In this document: in pieces, positions 27,405-37,330 of the stretch
Layout: every line of letters begins with the position of its first letter
How positions within the stretch are numbered: the stretch's first letter is position 1
Assembly: GCA_031270825.1 (NCBI GenBank)
Contig: JAISXH010000026.1
Span: 3,621 to 67,620, forward strand
Direction of reading: 5' to 3'
DNA: 64,000 bases
DNA from: Bifidobacteriaceae bacterium
GTDB lineage: Bacteria > Actinomycetota > Actinomycetes > Actinomycetales > WQXJ01
Notes under the pieces: model-generated
The model's database searches: none
Seen by the model: the letters and a program-made list of their open reading frames with translations, nothing else
What the model was told of the DNA's origin: nothing
Made by a program: the position numbers and the translations under genes

Positions 27405-28250
27405 CTACTTGTTGGGGTCTTCGCCGTCCAGCACCTTGGCGATGGCGTCGTCGAGATTGATCGTGCCAGGGTTCGTGATCAAGGTCAGATTGCCATCCGA
27501 CTTGCCAACCCACAGCGACGGCGTGGTGCCGACACCGTCCGCGACTGCCTGACTGGTCTCGTATTCGACCCAGGACGAGAATTCGGAATCGGCGAACCGG
27601 TCGGTCACGTCAGCTGGCACGCCCAAACCTTGGGCCAACTCGACCAATTGCTCGGCGGTCAGGCCTTCTGTTCCCTCGTCAGGCTGGGTCCCGGTTTCGA
27701 ACAGCTTGGCATGGAAAGCCACGAACTTGTCGGGAGCGTAGTTCGCCACAATCATGGCGGCGTTGGTCGCCCGGCTGGAATAGCCCGCCGGACTGGACTG
27801 GCTGTCCAGGAACGCCACCGGCTGGAGCTCAAGCTTGATCTTCCCAGCCGCCGCGAGTTCCTCGAACTTCGCGCCGAGGCGCCGCTCCAGCGACCCGCAG
27901 CCCGGGCAGATGTAGTCGGAGTAAACCCGCACCACGGCCACATCCTCGCCTTCGGCGGGTGCGCCGCCGGCCGCCAGGTCTTGGCCGATCACAATGGCGC
28001 CAGCTTCGATCGCTCCCTTAGGACGCGCGATCTCGTCATAGTTCGATTCGGTCGACTGACGGAGCACCAGAACGACCGCTACCACCACGGCCACGGCGAC
28101 CACCGCGCCGATGCCGATCGTGATCAGCTTGGTGCGCCGCTCTTTCGCCGCTTGAACGGCCTTCAACCGTTCGGCTTCGGCCCGCGCCCGCGCGGCGTCC
28201 TCGTTCCGCCGCGCGGCTGCGCCTTTACCCGACTTGCTCTTGCTCGCCAT
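27405..28250 (-). CDS. Membrane-anchored DsbA/MdbA-family thiol-disulfide oxidoreductase (paralogue)
   Basis: N-terminal TM helix, SDYICPGC, YSSRATNA, GTTP. Confidence 0.9.
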   Translation of the reverse strand: MASKSKSGKGAAARRNEDAARARAEAERLKAVQAAKERRTKLITIGIGAVVAVAVVVAVVLVLRQSTESNYDEIARPKGAIEAGAIVIGQDLAAGGAPAEGEDVAVVRVYSDYICPGCGSLERRLGAKFEELAAAGKIKLELQPVAFLDSQSSPAGYSSRATNAAMIVANYAPDKFVAFHAKLFETGTQPDEGTEGLTAEQLVELAQGLGVPADVTDRFADSEFSSWVEYETSQAVADGVGTTPSLWVGKSDGNLTLITNPGTINLDDAIAKVLDGEDPNK

Positions 28251-28342
28251 ATCCGTCCTTCAGATTCACTTGGGCCGACCTGACGGTTCGCCTCTCGGCC
28301 GGCCTTTCCTCGTTCCTTGCCACAATCCCTCCCGCGGTTTGA

Positions 28343-28999
28343 CTAGCCCGCAGGGCCGGTCGCGCCGGACGACTCGTCTGCGGCCACCGCCGGATCTTCT
28401 TCCGGCCGACCATCCTGGTCCTCAGCCAGGACCTCGTCTTCGTCTGCCTCGTCGAGTTCGCCGATCTGAATCAACTCCGTGTCCAGCCGACCGACTGGGT
28501 TCAAACCGAACACGTTGTCCAGCGATGCGACCGACCGGGGCCAAATGACCAAGAACGCCGCCATCGCCAGGAATCCGATATCGCGCAGGATGTCCTCGGC
28601 GTACGCGGGCTCTGTGCCTGGCGCCAACTCGGTGCCCACGGCGAAACAGCCGCAATCGATGTTCAGCCCGCGCGCCCAAGCCGATGCGATCCCGGCGATG
28701 AACGCCACCTGCATCAGCCCAAACACCACCGAGGCATAGCGAGTCAACAACCCGGCCACGAAGACCACTCCCAGTGCCAACTCGACGATGGGCAGGGCCA
28801 CTCCGATTAGCTGATTGATCGAAGTCGGAAAAATCTGATAAAGCCCCACCGCCAAGCCGCTGCCACGCAAGTCTCGCAGCTTCGGAAGCGCGGCCTTCAC
28901 CGTCACCACTGCCAGCCCGAGCCGCACCACCAGCGACAGCCACGGTTGCAGTCGTGCCCATAGGGGCGCGCCGACATTCGCTTCTGGGGGTGTTGTCAC
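28343..28999 (-). CDS. MauE/DoxX family membrane protein
   Basis: RLGLAVV..ALPK, LPIVELALG, GLNIDCGCF, ILRDIGFL. Confidence 0.88.
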   Translation of the reverse strand: MTTPPEANVGAPLWARLQPWLSLVVRLGLAVVTVKAALPKLRDLRGSGLAVGLYQIFPTSINQLIGVALPIVELALGVVFVAGLLTRYASVVFGLMQVAFIAGIASAWARGLNIDCGCFAVGTELAPGTEPAYAEDILRDIGFLAMAAFLVIWPRSVASLDNVFGLNPVGRLDTELIQIGELDEADEDEVLAEDQDGRPEEDPAVAADESSGATGPAG

Positions 29000-29110
29000 C
29001 CGGCCTACTGTAGCGCCCGCACCGATGAATCCGCTCGGCGATCACAAATCTGTCACCTTAGTGGCCAGGTCGGTAGTTCAACGGCCGATGCCGTCCACCC
29101 CGTTCGGTGC

Positions 29111-29142
29111 GCCGGCGTCCGGACGCCCGCCCGGACGCCGGC
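29111..29142. terminator. GC hairpin downstream of the HsdR-like gene
   Basis: GCCGGCGTCCGG..CCGGACGCCGGC, 12 bp stem. Confidence 0.5.
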
Positions 29143-29195
29143 AAACAATTGCGAAGCGTCTAGCTAAGGCCGGCGCGGCCAATTAGCGTTCCCGA

Positions 29196-30806
29196 TCAGC
29201 GGCTAGCGAGCAAATCTTTGAGGAGCGCGATATGCCGGAGGATGGCTTCCTCCCCGCCGACCTGATCCTCCAATTCGGCCAGAATCTCCAATTCGGTCAG
29301 TTGTTCAGCCTGGCGGCGGGCCGCCCGGCCGACGGCCCCGGGCCGCTTGGCCATTTGCAGCAGCGAAACCAATTCGGCCGCCAAAGCGGCCTGACCGGCC
29401 TCCAGGTTGGCGTATTCGACGGAACGACGGATTTGCACCGCCACCGCCACCGGGTCGGACGGCGCCCCGGCGCCGCTGGCGGACCGGACAGTGGCAGTCG
29501 AAACAGACCGCACGGCCGAATCGGCCGAACCCGGCCCCCAGGCCGAGCAGCTAGCACCCGACTCGCCCGCCGGCTGCCAGGACTCAGCAACGATGGCCGC
29601 GACGTCGAAATCGTCCGGTCCTGAATCGGCTGGGTTCGCCACCCCTGCGGGCGGCCTTGACATATACCCGTCCGAGCGGGCTTGTTCGGCGGTGTAGCGG
29701 TAGACGGGCCGGCCGAAGTACTCGTAGACAGAGCGCGCCGCCGGCTGAGCCACTCCGACGATCCCAACCTGGTAGGCGTTGGGGAACCGCTCCAACACGC
29801 CCGTCCAAATGGCCGGATCGGCGGTTTGGCCGCCGTGGGCCAGGTTGACCACAACCAAGTCGATGTCGGCCGGATCGAGTTGGTCGAACTCGTCGCCGAG
29901 CGACCCGATGGTCAGATCGGCGGCTGTGGTCTGGGCGAGCCGTCGCACCGGACCCAACGTCTGGGCCGATGACTCCGCCAGCGGGCGGTCGTCAAGATAC
30001 AACAGGCCGCAGGGCTGGCCCGGCCGGGCCTGGAGCTGATAGGACGCGAACTTGGCCATCAGAGCCGTCGCCACCACGGTGGTGCCCGAACCGGGGACCA
30101 ACTGCAGCAGGACTCGGCGCTGATCGCGGCTCAACGCGCTCAACGCCCGGTTGGTGGCCACGATCTGGTAGTACCGAAGCTCGACTGGCCGGTCGGCATC
30201 GGACAAGACGGAGGTGTCGAAAGTCTGCGACACCATGTGCGCGCCAGCGCGCCGCAACCGGTGCAGGCGCAAGTACGAACGCCAGGCCCGCAGCGGCGAG
30301 GCCAAGGTCTCGACTTGGCGGGTCTGGCCGGAGGCGATGAAATGCTCTACCAGTGCCTTGCCGTTGGTGGCGTACGCGAGCGGCACGTCCAATTTGGTGG
30401 CCTGGCGAATCGCCCGCGGCAGGCCGGTGGCGGGATTGTGCTGTGATCCGACGGTCGCGATAACCGCCGTCGGCGTGCCGGGGCGAGCGCTCAAGACGTA
30501 GGCGACAAGGTCCTCCCGCGAACCGTGATGCTGGCGGCGCAACACCGCTGGCGGCTTCTTCTCCGGCCGTAGCGGGTACTCCCGGCGAACCTGGTCTTTT
30601 TCCCAACCCGCTTGGTCTAGCAGCTGGATGACGCGGAAATGGCGCGAGCCGGCACGGGGGCGTGCGCGACCCGGCCAGCGCCAGCGGGAGGCCAGCGCTG
30701 AAACGCCTGAATCGGTTGAACGATCTGCCTTCGAACTCGCTGATGGGGCGCTCCGGCTCGTTCCGGTGGAGACCTTGGCTTGACTAATCTTCGTTGCGGC
30801 GGTCAT
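29196..30806 (-). CDS. Degenerate type I restriction subunit R (EcoAI-like HsdR) homologue lacking catalytic motifs
   Basis: LDQAGW..QVRREY, LDVPLAYATNG, RYYQIVATNRAL, YEYFGRPVYRYT..DGY are retained; nuclease, Walker A, DEAH and TATP motifs are substituted. Confidence 0.8.
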   Translation of the reverse strand: MTAATKISQAKVSTGTSRSAPSASSKADRSTDSGVSALASRWRWPGRARPRAGSRHFRVIQLLDQAGWEKDQVRREYPLRPEKKPPAVLRRQHHGSREDLVAYVLSARPGTPTAVIATVGSQHNPATGLPRAIRQATKLDVPLAYATNGKALVEHFIASGQTRQVETLASPLRAWRSYLRLHRLRRAGAHMVSQTFDTSVLSDADRPVELRYYQIVATNRALSALSRDQRRVLLQLVPGSGTTVVATALMAKFASYQLQARPGQPCGLLYLDDRPLAESSAQTLGPVRRLAQTTAADLTIGSLGDEFDQLDPADIDLVVVNLAHGGQTADPAIWTGVLERFPNAYQVGIVGVAQPAARSVYEYFGRPVYRYTAEQARSDGYMSRPPAGVANPADSGPDDFDVAAIVAESWQPAGESGASCSAWGPGSADSAVRSVSTATVRSASGAGAPSDPVAVAVQIRRSVEYANLEAGQAALAAELVSLLQMAKRPGAVGRAARRQAEQLTELEILAELEDQVGGEEAILRHIALLKDLLASR

Positions 30807-30907
30807 GTGCCCAATCTAGGTTTGCGTGGGGGATGTGACCCACGCCACTATAATCGGGCCAGTATGTGGGACGCTAGCTCCTTCGGGCCAGACGTCCAGC
30901 GGTCAGC

Positions 30908-31987
30908 TCAGCGCTGAAGTTCGCCCCGGATAAAGGCCTCAACCATTTCGCGTCCTTCGCGGTCCTCGTGCTGCACCGGCGGGGACTTGAAGAAGTAGGT
31001 GGACGGGCTGGTGACGGCGCCGCCGATGCCGCGGTCTTTGGCTATCTTGGCGGCCCGAAGGGCGTCGATGATGATGCCGGCCGAGTTCGGCGAATCCCAA
31101 ACCTCCAGTTTGTACTCCAGGTTCAGCGGCACCTCGCCGAAGGCCCGTCCCTCCAGACGCACAAAGGCCCATTTGCGGTCGTCCAGCCAGGCCACATAGT
31201 CCGAGGGGCCGATGTGGATGTCCCGTTCCGGAAGCTGGTGTGAGACGTTGGATGTGACCGCCTGGGTCTTGGAGATCTTCTTGGATTCGAGACGCTCACG
31301 CTCGAGCATGTTCTTGAAATCCATGTTGCCGCCCACGTTGAGCTGGTAGGTCCGGTCCATCACCACGCCACGGTCCTCGAACAGCCGGGCCAGCACCCGG
31401 TGCGTGATGGTCGCTCCGACCTGCGACTTGATGTCGTCGCCGACAATCGGCACACCGGCGGCTTCGAACTTGGCCGCCCAGACCGGATCAGAGGCGATGA
31501 ACACCGGCAGAGCGTTGACGAAGGCCACGCCGGCGTCGATGGCGCACTGGGCGTAGAACTTGTCGGCCTCCTCGCTGCCCACCGGCAGGTAGCTGACCAA
31601 CACGTCGACTCGTTTGTCTTTCAGTTCCTGAACCACGTCGACCGGGGCGGCACCGGATTCGTCAATGGTCTGCCGGTAGTACTTGCCCAGGCCGTCGAAG
31701 GTCGGGCCGCGCTTGACTTCGACTCCCTTGAACGGGACATCGGCGATCTTGATGGTGTTGTTCTGGCTGGCGCCGATCGCTTCCGACAGGTCCAACCCGA
31801 CTTTGGCGGCGTCGACGTCGAAAGCTGTGACGAACTCGATGTCGCGGATGTGGTACGGGCCGAATTGGACGTGCATCAGGCCGGGCACGGTCGAATCCGG
31901 ATCAGCGTTCCTGTAGAACTCGACGCCCTGAACCAGCGATGCGGCACAGTTTCCGACGCCGGCGATAGCGACCCGGATGGGGCTCAT
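30908..31987 (-). CDS. ino1: Inositol-3-phosphate synthase
   Basis: [48 protein letters not shown]. Confidence 0.97.
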   Translation of the reverse strand: MSPIRVAIAGVGNCAASLVQGVEFYRNADPDSTVPGLMHVQFGPYHIRDIEFVTAFDVDAAKVGLDLSEAIGASQNNTIKIADVPFKGVEVKRGPTFDGLGKYYRQTIDESGAAPVDVVQELKDKRVDVLVSYLPVGSEEADKFYAQCAIDAGVAFVNALPVFIASDPVWAAKFEAAGVPIVGDDIKSQVGATITHRVLARLFEDRGVVMDRTYQLNVGGNMDFKNMLERERLESKKISKTQAVTSNVSHQLPERDIHIGPSDYVAWLDDRKWAFVRLEGRAFGEVPLNLEYKLEVWDSPNSAGIIIDALRAAKIAKDRGIGGAVTSPSTYFFKSPPVQHEDREGREMVEAFIRGELQR

Positions 31988-32631
31988 TGGTGCTCCTTGG
32001 TTGATGTTTGGTGACTGAAGGTGGTTGCGATGCCAACCGGGACGGCGGCATCGGGGGGTGACAGAAGCCGACTCTGGGCGCGACGTGAGCCGCGTTCCTG
32101 ATCTATCAGCTCCTCGAGCCAGCGCACTTCACGCTCGATTTGCTCGAGGGTGTGGCGTTGGAGTTCGTTGGTGTATGAATCGGTGGCACGGCCACGCTGG
32201 ATGGCGGTGGTGACGCCGTCAAGGCGTTCGGCCATGCGAGCCCGGCGGCCCTCCAGAATCCGCAGTCTGGTGTCGACGTCGGTCTGCGCGAACAGGGCGA
32301 AGCGGACATCGAAGTTCTCATCTTCCCAGGAGGCGGGGCCCGCCTCGCCCAGCAGCGACTCCAAGTGGCCCGCGCCGGCCTCGGTCAATTGATAGACGAT
32401 CCGCCCGCGCCGGGACGCGCCGACCGTGCCCGCGTCGGCGTCTTCGGCCGAGGACGTGATCAGGCCTTGGGCCGCCAGTCCTTTCAGGCACGGGTAGAGG
32501 CTGCCGTAGGAGAACGGCCGCAGCAGCCCCAGCATCTCGTTGAGGCGCTTGCGCAGTTGATAGCCGTGCATCGGCGCAGAGTGGAGCAGGCCGAGGATGG
32601 CAAGCTCCAAGACTTGCGACCGGTTCCGCAC
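31984..32631 (-). CDS. PadR family regulator (Rv0047c-like), coupled to ino1
   Basis: [29 protein letters not shown]; RLRILEGRR. Confidence 0.92.
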   Translation of the reverse strand: MRNRSQVLELAILGLLHSAPMHGYQLRKRLNEMLGLLRPFSYGSLYPCLKGLAAQGLITSSAEDADAGTVGASRRGRIVYQLTEAGAGHLESLLGEAGPASWEDENFDVRFALFAQTDVDTRLRILEGRRARMAERLDGVTTAIQRGRATDSYTNELQRHTLEQIEREVRWLEELIDQERGSRRAQSRLLSPPDAAVPVGIATTFSHQTSTKEHQ

Positions 32632-32693
32632 GGGCTACTCCTTATTGATTACGACAATTGATTCCGATAGCGTGGGGCCACCAAAGATGGTGC

Positions 32694-32714
32694 GATGCAT
32701 CGATTCGATACATC
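32694..32714. promoter_or_regulatory. Palindromic operator upstream of padR-ino1
   Basis: GATGCATCGA-T-TCGATACATC (one mismatch); a related ATCGAATCGA lies at ~32725. Confidence 0.55.
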
Positions 32715-32880
32715 TACAGACTAGATCGAATCGACCTCTTTGTCAAACCTATCGACCCGGCGATTTTGCGCGCCGTCTCCTCTACGGCGCTGTCGCCGGC
32801 GCTGTCGCCGGCGCTGTCGCCGACAACCCTGGCGACCCGGCGGCATCGGCGGCGGTCTGGGCTTGGGTACGCTCGTAGCC

Positions 32881-33705
32881 ATGCCGAAGAACCCGACCAC
32901 CTACGTCGCGCGGCCGCTGGCCGGTTTCCCGCTCGAAGCCGAACTGGCGGCGATGCGGGAAATCCTGCCCGCCGCCGTGGCCACCGCCCAGCTGACCGAA
33001 GCCGAGGGCGGCGGTCCGGTCCACTTTGTCACCCTGCTGCCGGGAATGGCGCGCGGGTACAAACGAGCCGACGGCGTGCCGGTGGTGGCGACCCAACCGT
33101 CGCATCCGTCCGATGACGTGGCCCGCGACCTCGGCAACGCCCTGGTCGCGGCGCTGGCAGCCGACCCGAAGAGCGCCGCCACTCCGGCGCCTCTGGGCGA
33201 GCCGGGCCCGCGGCTGCAAGAACTGATCGACCAGGACGCGCCGGTCAGTTTTGAGCTGCGGGACTCGTTCGAGTACTGGACCGAACTCGATCCCGAGGAC
33301 AAGACTCTGGCCGACACGGCCGTCAGACTGGCCGAGGAGACCACCCCGACTGCGGCGGTGGGAGAGGTGGCGGGGGCGTACTGGGCCCGAATCAACGGCC
33401 GCGAGTATCTGCGCTGGTCGCTGGGGATCGCCGAGGACGAATTGCTCGACGCCCTGGCCCGGTTGCAGGCGAAGCGACAGGCGGGGGTGGTTGAGGACTC
33501 GAAGTACGCCGGCGCCTTCCGCACCATGGGCGTGGTCATCCCGGTCTGGGAATTGCCGCGCGGCGCCAGCGCCGAAGAACTGGCCGGTCCGCTGGCCGAA
33601 TTCAAGGCCCGGCTGGACCAGGCGCTGGCCGAAGAGCGGCCGCTGGACGCCAACGAGCGTCGCTCCCGGGCCGGCCTGGTGGCTCGATTCTTGACTCTGC
33701 GCTGA
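32881..33705 (+). CDS. DUF5926 family protein (actinobacterial)
   Basis: YVARPLAGFPLEAELAAMREILPAA, AYW, YLRW, YAGAFRTMGVVIPVWEL, ERRSRAGLVAR; TACGCT -10 box 7 nt upstream. Confidence 0.85.
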   Translation: MPKNPTTYVARPLAGFPLEAELAAMREILPAAVATAQLTEAEGGGPVHFVTLLPGMARGYKRADGVPVVATQPSHPSDDVARDLGNALVAALAADPKSAATPAPLGEPGPRLQELIDQDAPVSFELRDSFEYWTELDPEDKTLADTAVRLAEETTPTAAVGEVAGAYWARINGREYLRWSLGIAEDELLDALARLQAKRQAGVVEDSKYAGAFRTMGVVIPVWELPRGASAEELAGPLAEFKARLDQALAEERPLDANERRSRAGLVARFLTLR

Positions 33706-33856
33706 CGGGTTTTGCCCTCCGGAAGGCATCTCAGCGGGGCGAGCCGAAGCGCAGATCGCTAGAATGGAAGCTTCAGGCGGACGCTACTAAACCTTTAGGC
33801 GCCGCGGGATAACATTTGGTGATGAGGTTGCCCTCAACAGTTCTAGAGTGGAGTGG

Positions 33857-34675
33857 GTGAGCGGACAATTGTCCCCCCTTGAACCAGTTGCAGCCGCGCA
33901 GCGGGTAGCGGTTGTCATCCCCGCAAAGAATGAATCCGGCCGAATCGCCGCGACCGTAGCCAGCGCGAAAACCATACCGCGCGTGGATCTGGTCCTGGTG
34001 GTCGACGACGGCTCGCAGGACCAAACCCGCCGCCGGGCTCAAGAGGCCGGCGCGGTGGTGGTCCGCCATTCGCACAACCGCGGCAAAGCCGCCGCCATGG
34101 AAACCGGCGCGGCCATTGTGGCAATGCGGGATGTCGAAGGCGACCCGGCTCGGCTGCTCCTGTTCCTGGACGCCGACCTGGGGGAGACCGCCGGCAACGC
34201 CGCGCCCTTGATCCGGCCGGTGGCCGATGCCGAGGTCGATTTCACAGTGGCGGTCCTCCCGCCGCAGATCGGGGCAGCCGGGTTCGGGGCGGTGGTGCGA
34301 CTGGCGCGCAAAGGGATAGTCAAAGCGACCGGATTCACCGCCCGGGCCCCGCTCAGCGGCCAGCGCTGCCTGACCCGCGAAGCTTACGAAGAGGCGACCC
34401 CGCTGGCGCACGGTTGGGGCGTCGAAGCCGCCATGACGATCGACCTGCTGCGCAAGGGCTTCGCCATCCAGGAAGTCGAATGCGATTTGCGGCACCGCCC
34501 ATCCGGCAGAACCGTCCGCGGTCTGGGCCACCGCGCCGCCCAGTACCGCGACGTGATGCTCGCTCTGACAGCTCGCGGCATCAAGATCGCGTTCTGGTCG
34601 GCCGGCCACCGCCTCAAGCGTGTCGCCCGCCGCAACCGCCCCCCGACACGCCCGCCCGGACACGCCGACACCTGA
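33857..34675 (+). CDS. Glycosyltransferase family 2
   Basis: VVIPAKNE, VVDDGSQD, NRGKAAA, FLDADL, PLSGQRC. Confidence 0.9.
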   Translation: MSGQLSPLEPVAAAQRVAVVIPAKNESGRIAATVASAKTIPRVDLVLVVDDGSQDQTRRRAQEAGAVVVRHSHNRGKAAAMETGAAIVAMRDVEGDPARLLLFLDADLGETAGNAAPLIRPVADAEVDFTVAVLPPQIGAAGFGAVVRLARKGIVKATGFTARAPLSGQRCLTREAYEEATPLAHGWGVEAAMTIDLLRKGFAIQEVECDLRHRPSGRTVRGLGHRAAQYRDVMLALTARGIKIAFWSAGHRLKRVARRNRPPTRPPGHADT

Positions 34676-34800
34676 CACCCGACGTCTGACACCCGACGTC
34701 TGACACCCGACACCTGACACCCGGCAGCCGACCCGGATTCCCCCGGACGCCTCCGGCGATCAGCCTCCGGTGTCAGACGTCCGGCATCCAGCGTCCGCCA
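34667..34800 (+). repeat. 7/14 bp microsatellite ((CTGACAC)(CCGACGT))n at the GT2 stop, with an inverted copy
   Basis: gacacctgacacccgacgtctgacacccgacgtctgacacccgacacctgacaccc; ggtgtcagacgtc at ~34769. Confidence 0.8.
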
Positions 34801-34841
34801 GCGATCAGGCACCGGCCAACAGATCTCGATCCGCCACCGGA

Positions 34842-37283
34842 TCAAGACGGCGCCGTAGGTCGTGGCCGCTTGCCGCGAGCTGGCGCCAACCCGGCGCTGA
34901 GGAGAGGGCCGGCCACCGCCAGGCCGGTGACCGCGACAACCAGCCCTGAATCGTTCACCAGCGAGCCCAACGCCCAGGCCGTCGCCAGTCCGGCCACCAA
35001 TGGCCGCAACACTGGCGCGGCGGTCCAAGTCTTAGTTTTCAGAGCGGCGAAGGCGCCGCGTTTGCTCAGGTAGAAGCAGATCAGCAACGCAACTGCGAGC
35101 CCCACCGCCGGGCCAACGGACAGGCGCAGCCAGAGCCAGCCTTTCCGGGCCAAGACCTCGCCCAGACCGCCGCTCGCCACCGTCTGGACGAACCCCCCTA
35201 AATGGGTCCAGCGACCGGGGCCGCGCAGGTAGTCGAGCCAGGCCGCCGCGCCCGCCGCCGCCACGCCCGCCAGGATGACCACCAGCGCCCGCTTCCAGTT
35301 CACCCGCAGGTCGGCGGCGGTAGCGGCCATCACGGCGAACCCACCGACGATGCCGACCGCCCCGCCCAGGTCGGCCCCCCAGTGGGGGTTCGCGTCCACA
35401 ACCAGGACCGCCAATCCGACCAAGGCGATCGGCGCCGCGGCCGCCAATCGCCTGCCCTTGGCCCAGGACGGCGCCGCCAGGATGGCCGCGCCCAGAATGG
35501 CGCCGGTCACCAGGATCGCGAAAACCGAATTCGTGTACCCGTACAAGCGCGCGGTCAGGAGCGTCGGGTAGCCCAGGGGCGCGTCGCGGGTGAAGACCCG
35601 CCCAATGAACGGATCGGCCAGCACCACAGCCGCTGAGATCAAGCCAATGACGCCGGGGGCGATCAGCGGCGAATCCGCTCGGCGACCGCGCCAGAACCGC
35701 TGCACAACCTCCGCGATCCCCGCCGCCAGGAGCGCCAACCCCGCCGAAACCAGGATCCAGGCCGCCAGCGGAGCCCCGAACCGCCACCAAGGCACGGCGT
35801 TGGCGGCCAGGCAGGCCGCCGGGAACGCGCCCGCCGCCAGAGCCAGGAGTCTGACCAACCGCGACCACTGGCCGGCGCCAGACCGGCCGCGTCCGCCTGT
35901 CACCGATCGGCGAGCGGCCAGGATCAGAGGGCCGAAGATGCCAATGGCGGCGATCACCATCACCGCCGTCCAACCGGACGGACCCCATTGGCGTGCCGCC
36001 ACGGCATGGCGGTTCAGATCGGCCAGGCGCGCCTGGGCCGCGGCCGCGTCGCGCAGCGTCCCGCCCGCTCGCCACGGGGAAACCGGTCCGATCGGCGCCG
36101 GCACCAGTTCTTCTTCCAGCACCTCAGTCAGGTCCGTGACCAAAGCCAACCCGGGCGTCTTGGTGGCGTTCGACTCGATCAGCCACGGCTGATCGCCGCC
36201 CATCGCGCCGGCGGAGTCAGGGCGCCGGTCCAGCACCACGCCCATGGTCGGATTGCCCCAGTCGGCCAGCGACGCGATCATCACCCGGTCGGTTCGAGCG
36301 GACCCGGCCGCCGCCTCCAGCGCCTCCAGGACCACGCCGATCCGGGCGTCCAGTTCTTCCGGCCCGATCGCCGACGTGCGTGTGCCCACGTCCACCACCA
36401 GCAGTTCGGAGCCGGCGGCGACCGCTTGCTCAACCGCCTGGCGCAGACCTGAGGCCGAATCGGGAGCGGGCTGGTATTCGGCGCCGACCACTCCAGCGGC
36501 GTCCGCCAAGGCCAATGCCGCCCCCGGGCCAATGGCACTGGCGGTCAGCTCCATCTTGGACAACCAGGCGGCCAGGGCGCCGATCTGGTCGGCTGTGCCA
36601 GCCTCAACCGCCGGCGCGGTCAACTCGCGCCAACCCGGAATCTGGCCGTCAACTGGTTCGACTAAGGCTCGACAGCTCGGGGCGTCCACGCCCTTCAGGT
36701 CGCTGAGCACCCCCGGCGCCACCTCGCCGATCCTGACCCCGGCGCCCACCGCCAGCCAGCCTTCAACTGGACAGGAGCCGACCCTGACGGACCGGTTCAG
36801 CAGACCGGCGGCGCCGGCGCCGGCCTCGAGAGAATCCCAGATCGCGGCAGTGGCGGCCGCCGATACGTCTGCCCAGCCCAGACCGGTGGTCCCGATCAGC
36901 ACGACCAATTCGGACCGGTCCTGGGCGGCCTCGCCACCGGCCCGCCCCGCCTCCGGCGCCGCAGTCCCGGCCCCGGCCCCGGCCCGGGCCCCGGTCCCGG
37001 CCGACGCCACCGGGACAACGCCCCCCGGCGCCCAATCGGCGGCGACCGCCGCCGGCGCCATCGCCAGGCCCAGCGCCCCCGTCAAAGCCAAGCCGAGCGT
37101 CAAGGCGAGCGTGGTCACCAAGCCGCGCCGACGGCATCGTGCGCTGGGCCGGGCAACGGCGGCAACTGCCCGGCCGAACCGGGGCGCCTGACGAAGTCCA
37201 GGAATTCCGGCGGCGGCGACCCGGGCCCGAACGGGGTCCGTCCTCCCGGTTGGGCCGCAGCCGACGACTGTCACCCTCCTCAC
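34842..37283 (-). CDS. Large membrane protein (extracellular phosphatase-like fold plus ~10 TM); start uncertain
   Basis: VVLIGTTGLGWAD, SCPVEGWLAVGAG, ARLYGYTN, WGADLGG, THLGGF, VNDSG. Confidence 0.75.
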   Translation of the reverse strand: MRRVTVVGCGPTGRTDPVRARVAAAGIPGLRQAPRFGRAVAAVARPSARCRRRGLVTTLALTLGLALTGALGLAMAPAAVAADWAPGGVVPVASAGTGARAGAGAGTAAPEAGRAGGEAAQDRSELVVLIGTTGLGWADVSAAATAAIWDSLEAGAGAAGLLNRSVRVGSCPVEGWLAVGAGVRIGEVAPGVLSDLKGVDAPSCRALVEPVDGQIPGWRELTAPAVEAGTADQIGALAAWLSKMELTASAIGPGAALALADAAGVVGAEYQPAPDSASGLRQAVEQAVAAGSELLVVDVGTRTSAIGPEELDARIGVVLEALEAAAGSARTDRVMIASLADWGNPTMGVVLDRRPDSAGAMGGDQPWLIESNATKTPGLALVTDLTEVLEEELVPAPIGPVSPWRAGGTLRDAAAAQARLADLNRHAVAARQWGPSGWTAVMVIAAIGIFGPLILAARRSVTGGRGRSGAGQWSRLVRLLALAAGAFPAACLAANAVPWWRFGAPLAAWILVSAGLALLAAGIAEVVQRFWRGRRADSPLIAPGVIGLISAAVVLADPFIGRVFTRDAPLGYPTLLTARLYGYTNSVFAILVTGAILGAAILAAPSWAKGRRLAAAAPIALVGLAVLVVDANPHWGADLGGAVGIVGGFAVMAATAADLRVNWKRALVVILAGVAAAGAAAWLDYLRGPGRWTHLGGFVQTVASGGLGEVLARKGWLWLRLSVGPAVGLAVALLICFYLSKRGAFAALKTKTWTAAPVLRPLVAGLATAWALGSLVNDSGLVVAVTGLAVAGPLLSAGLAPARGKRPRPTAPS

Positions 37284-37330
37284 CCTAACGACTATGCTGC
37301 CTGCGACGATCCAACACTTGGGAGCCCCTC

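Noticed and set aside
30834-30854. CRP-like site TGTGA-N6-CCACT plus TATAAT
   Set aside because: Weak second half-site, and the TATAAT points antisense into ino1; insufficient support
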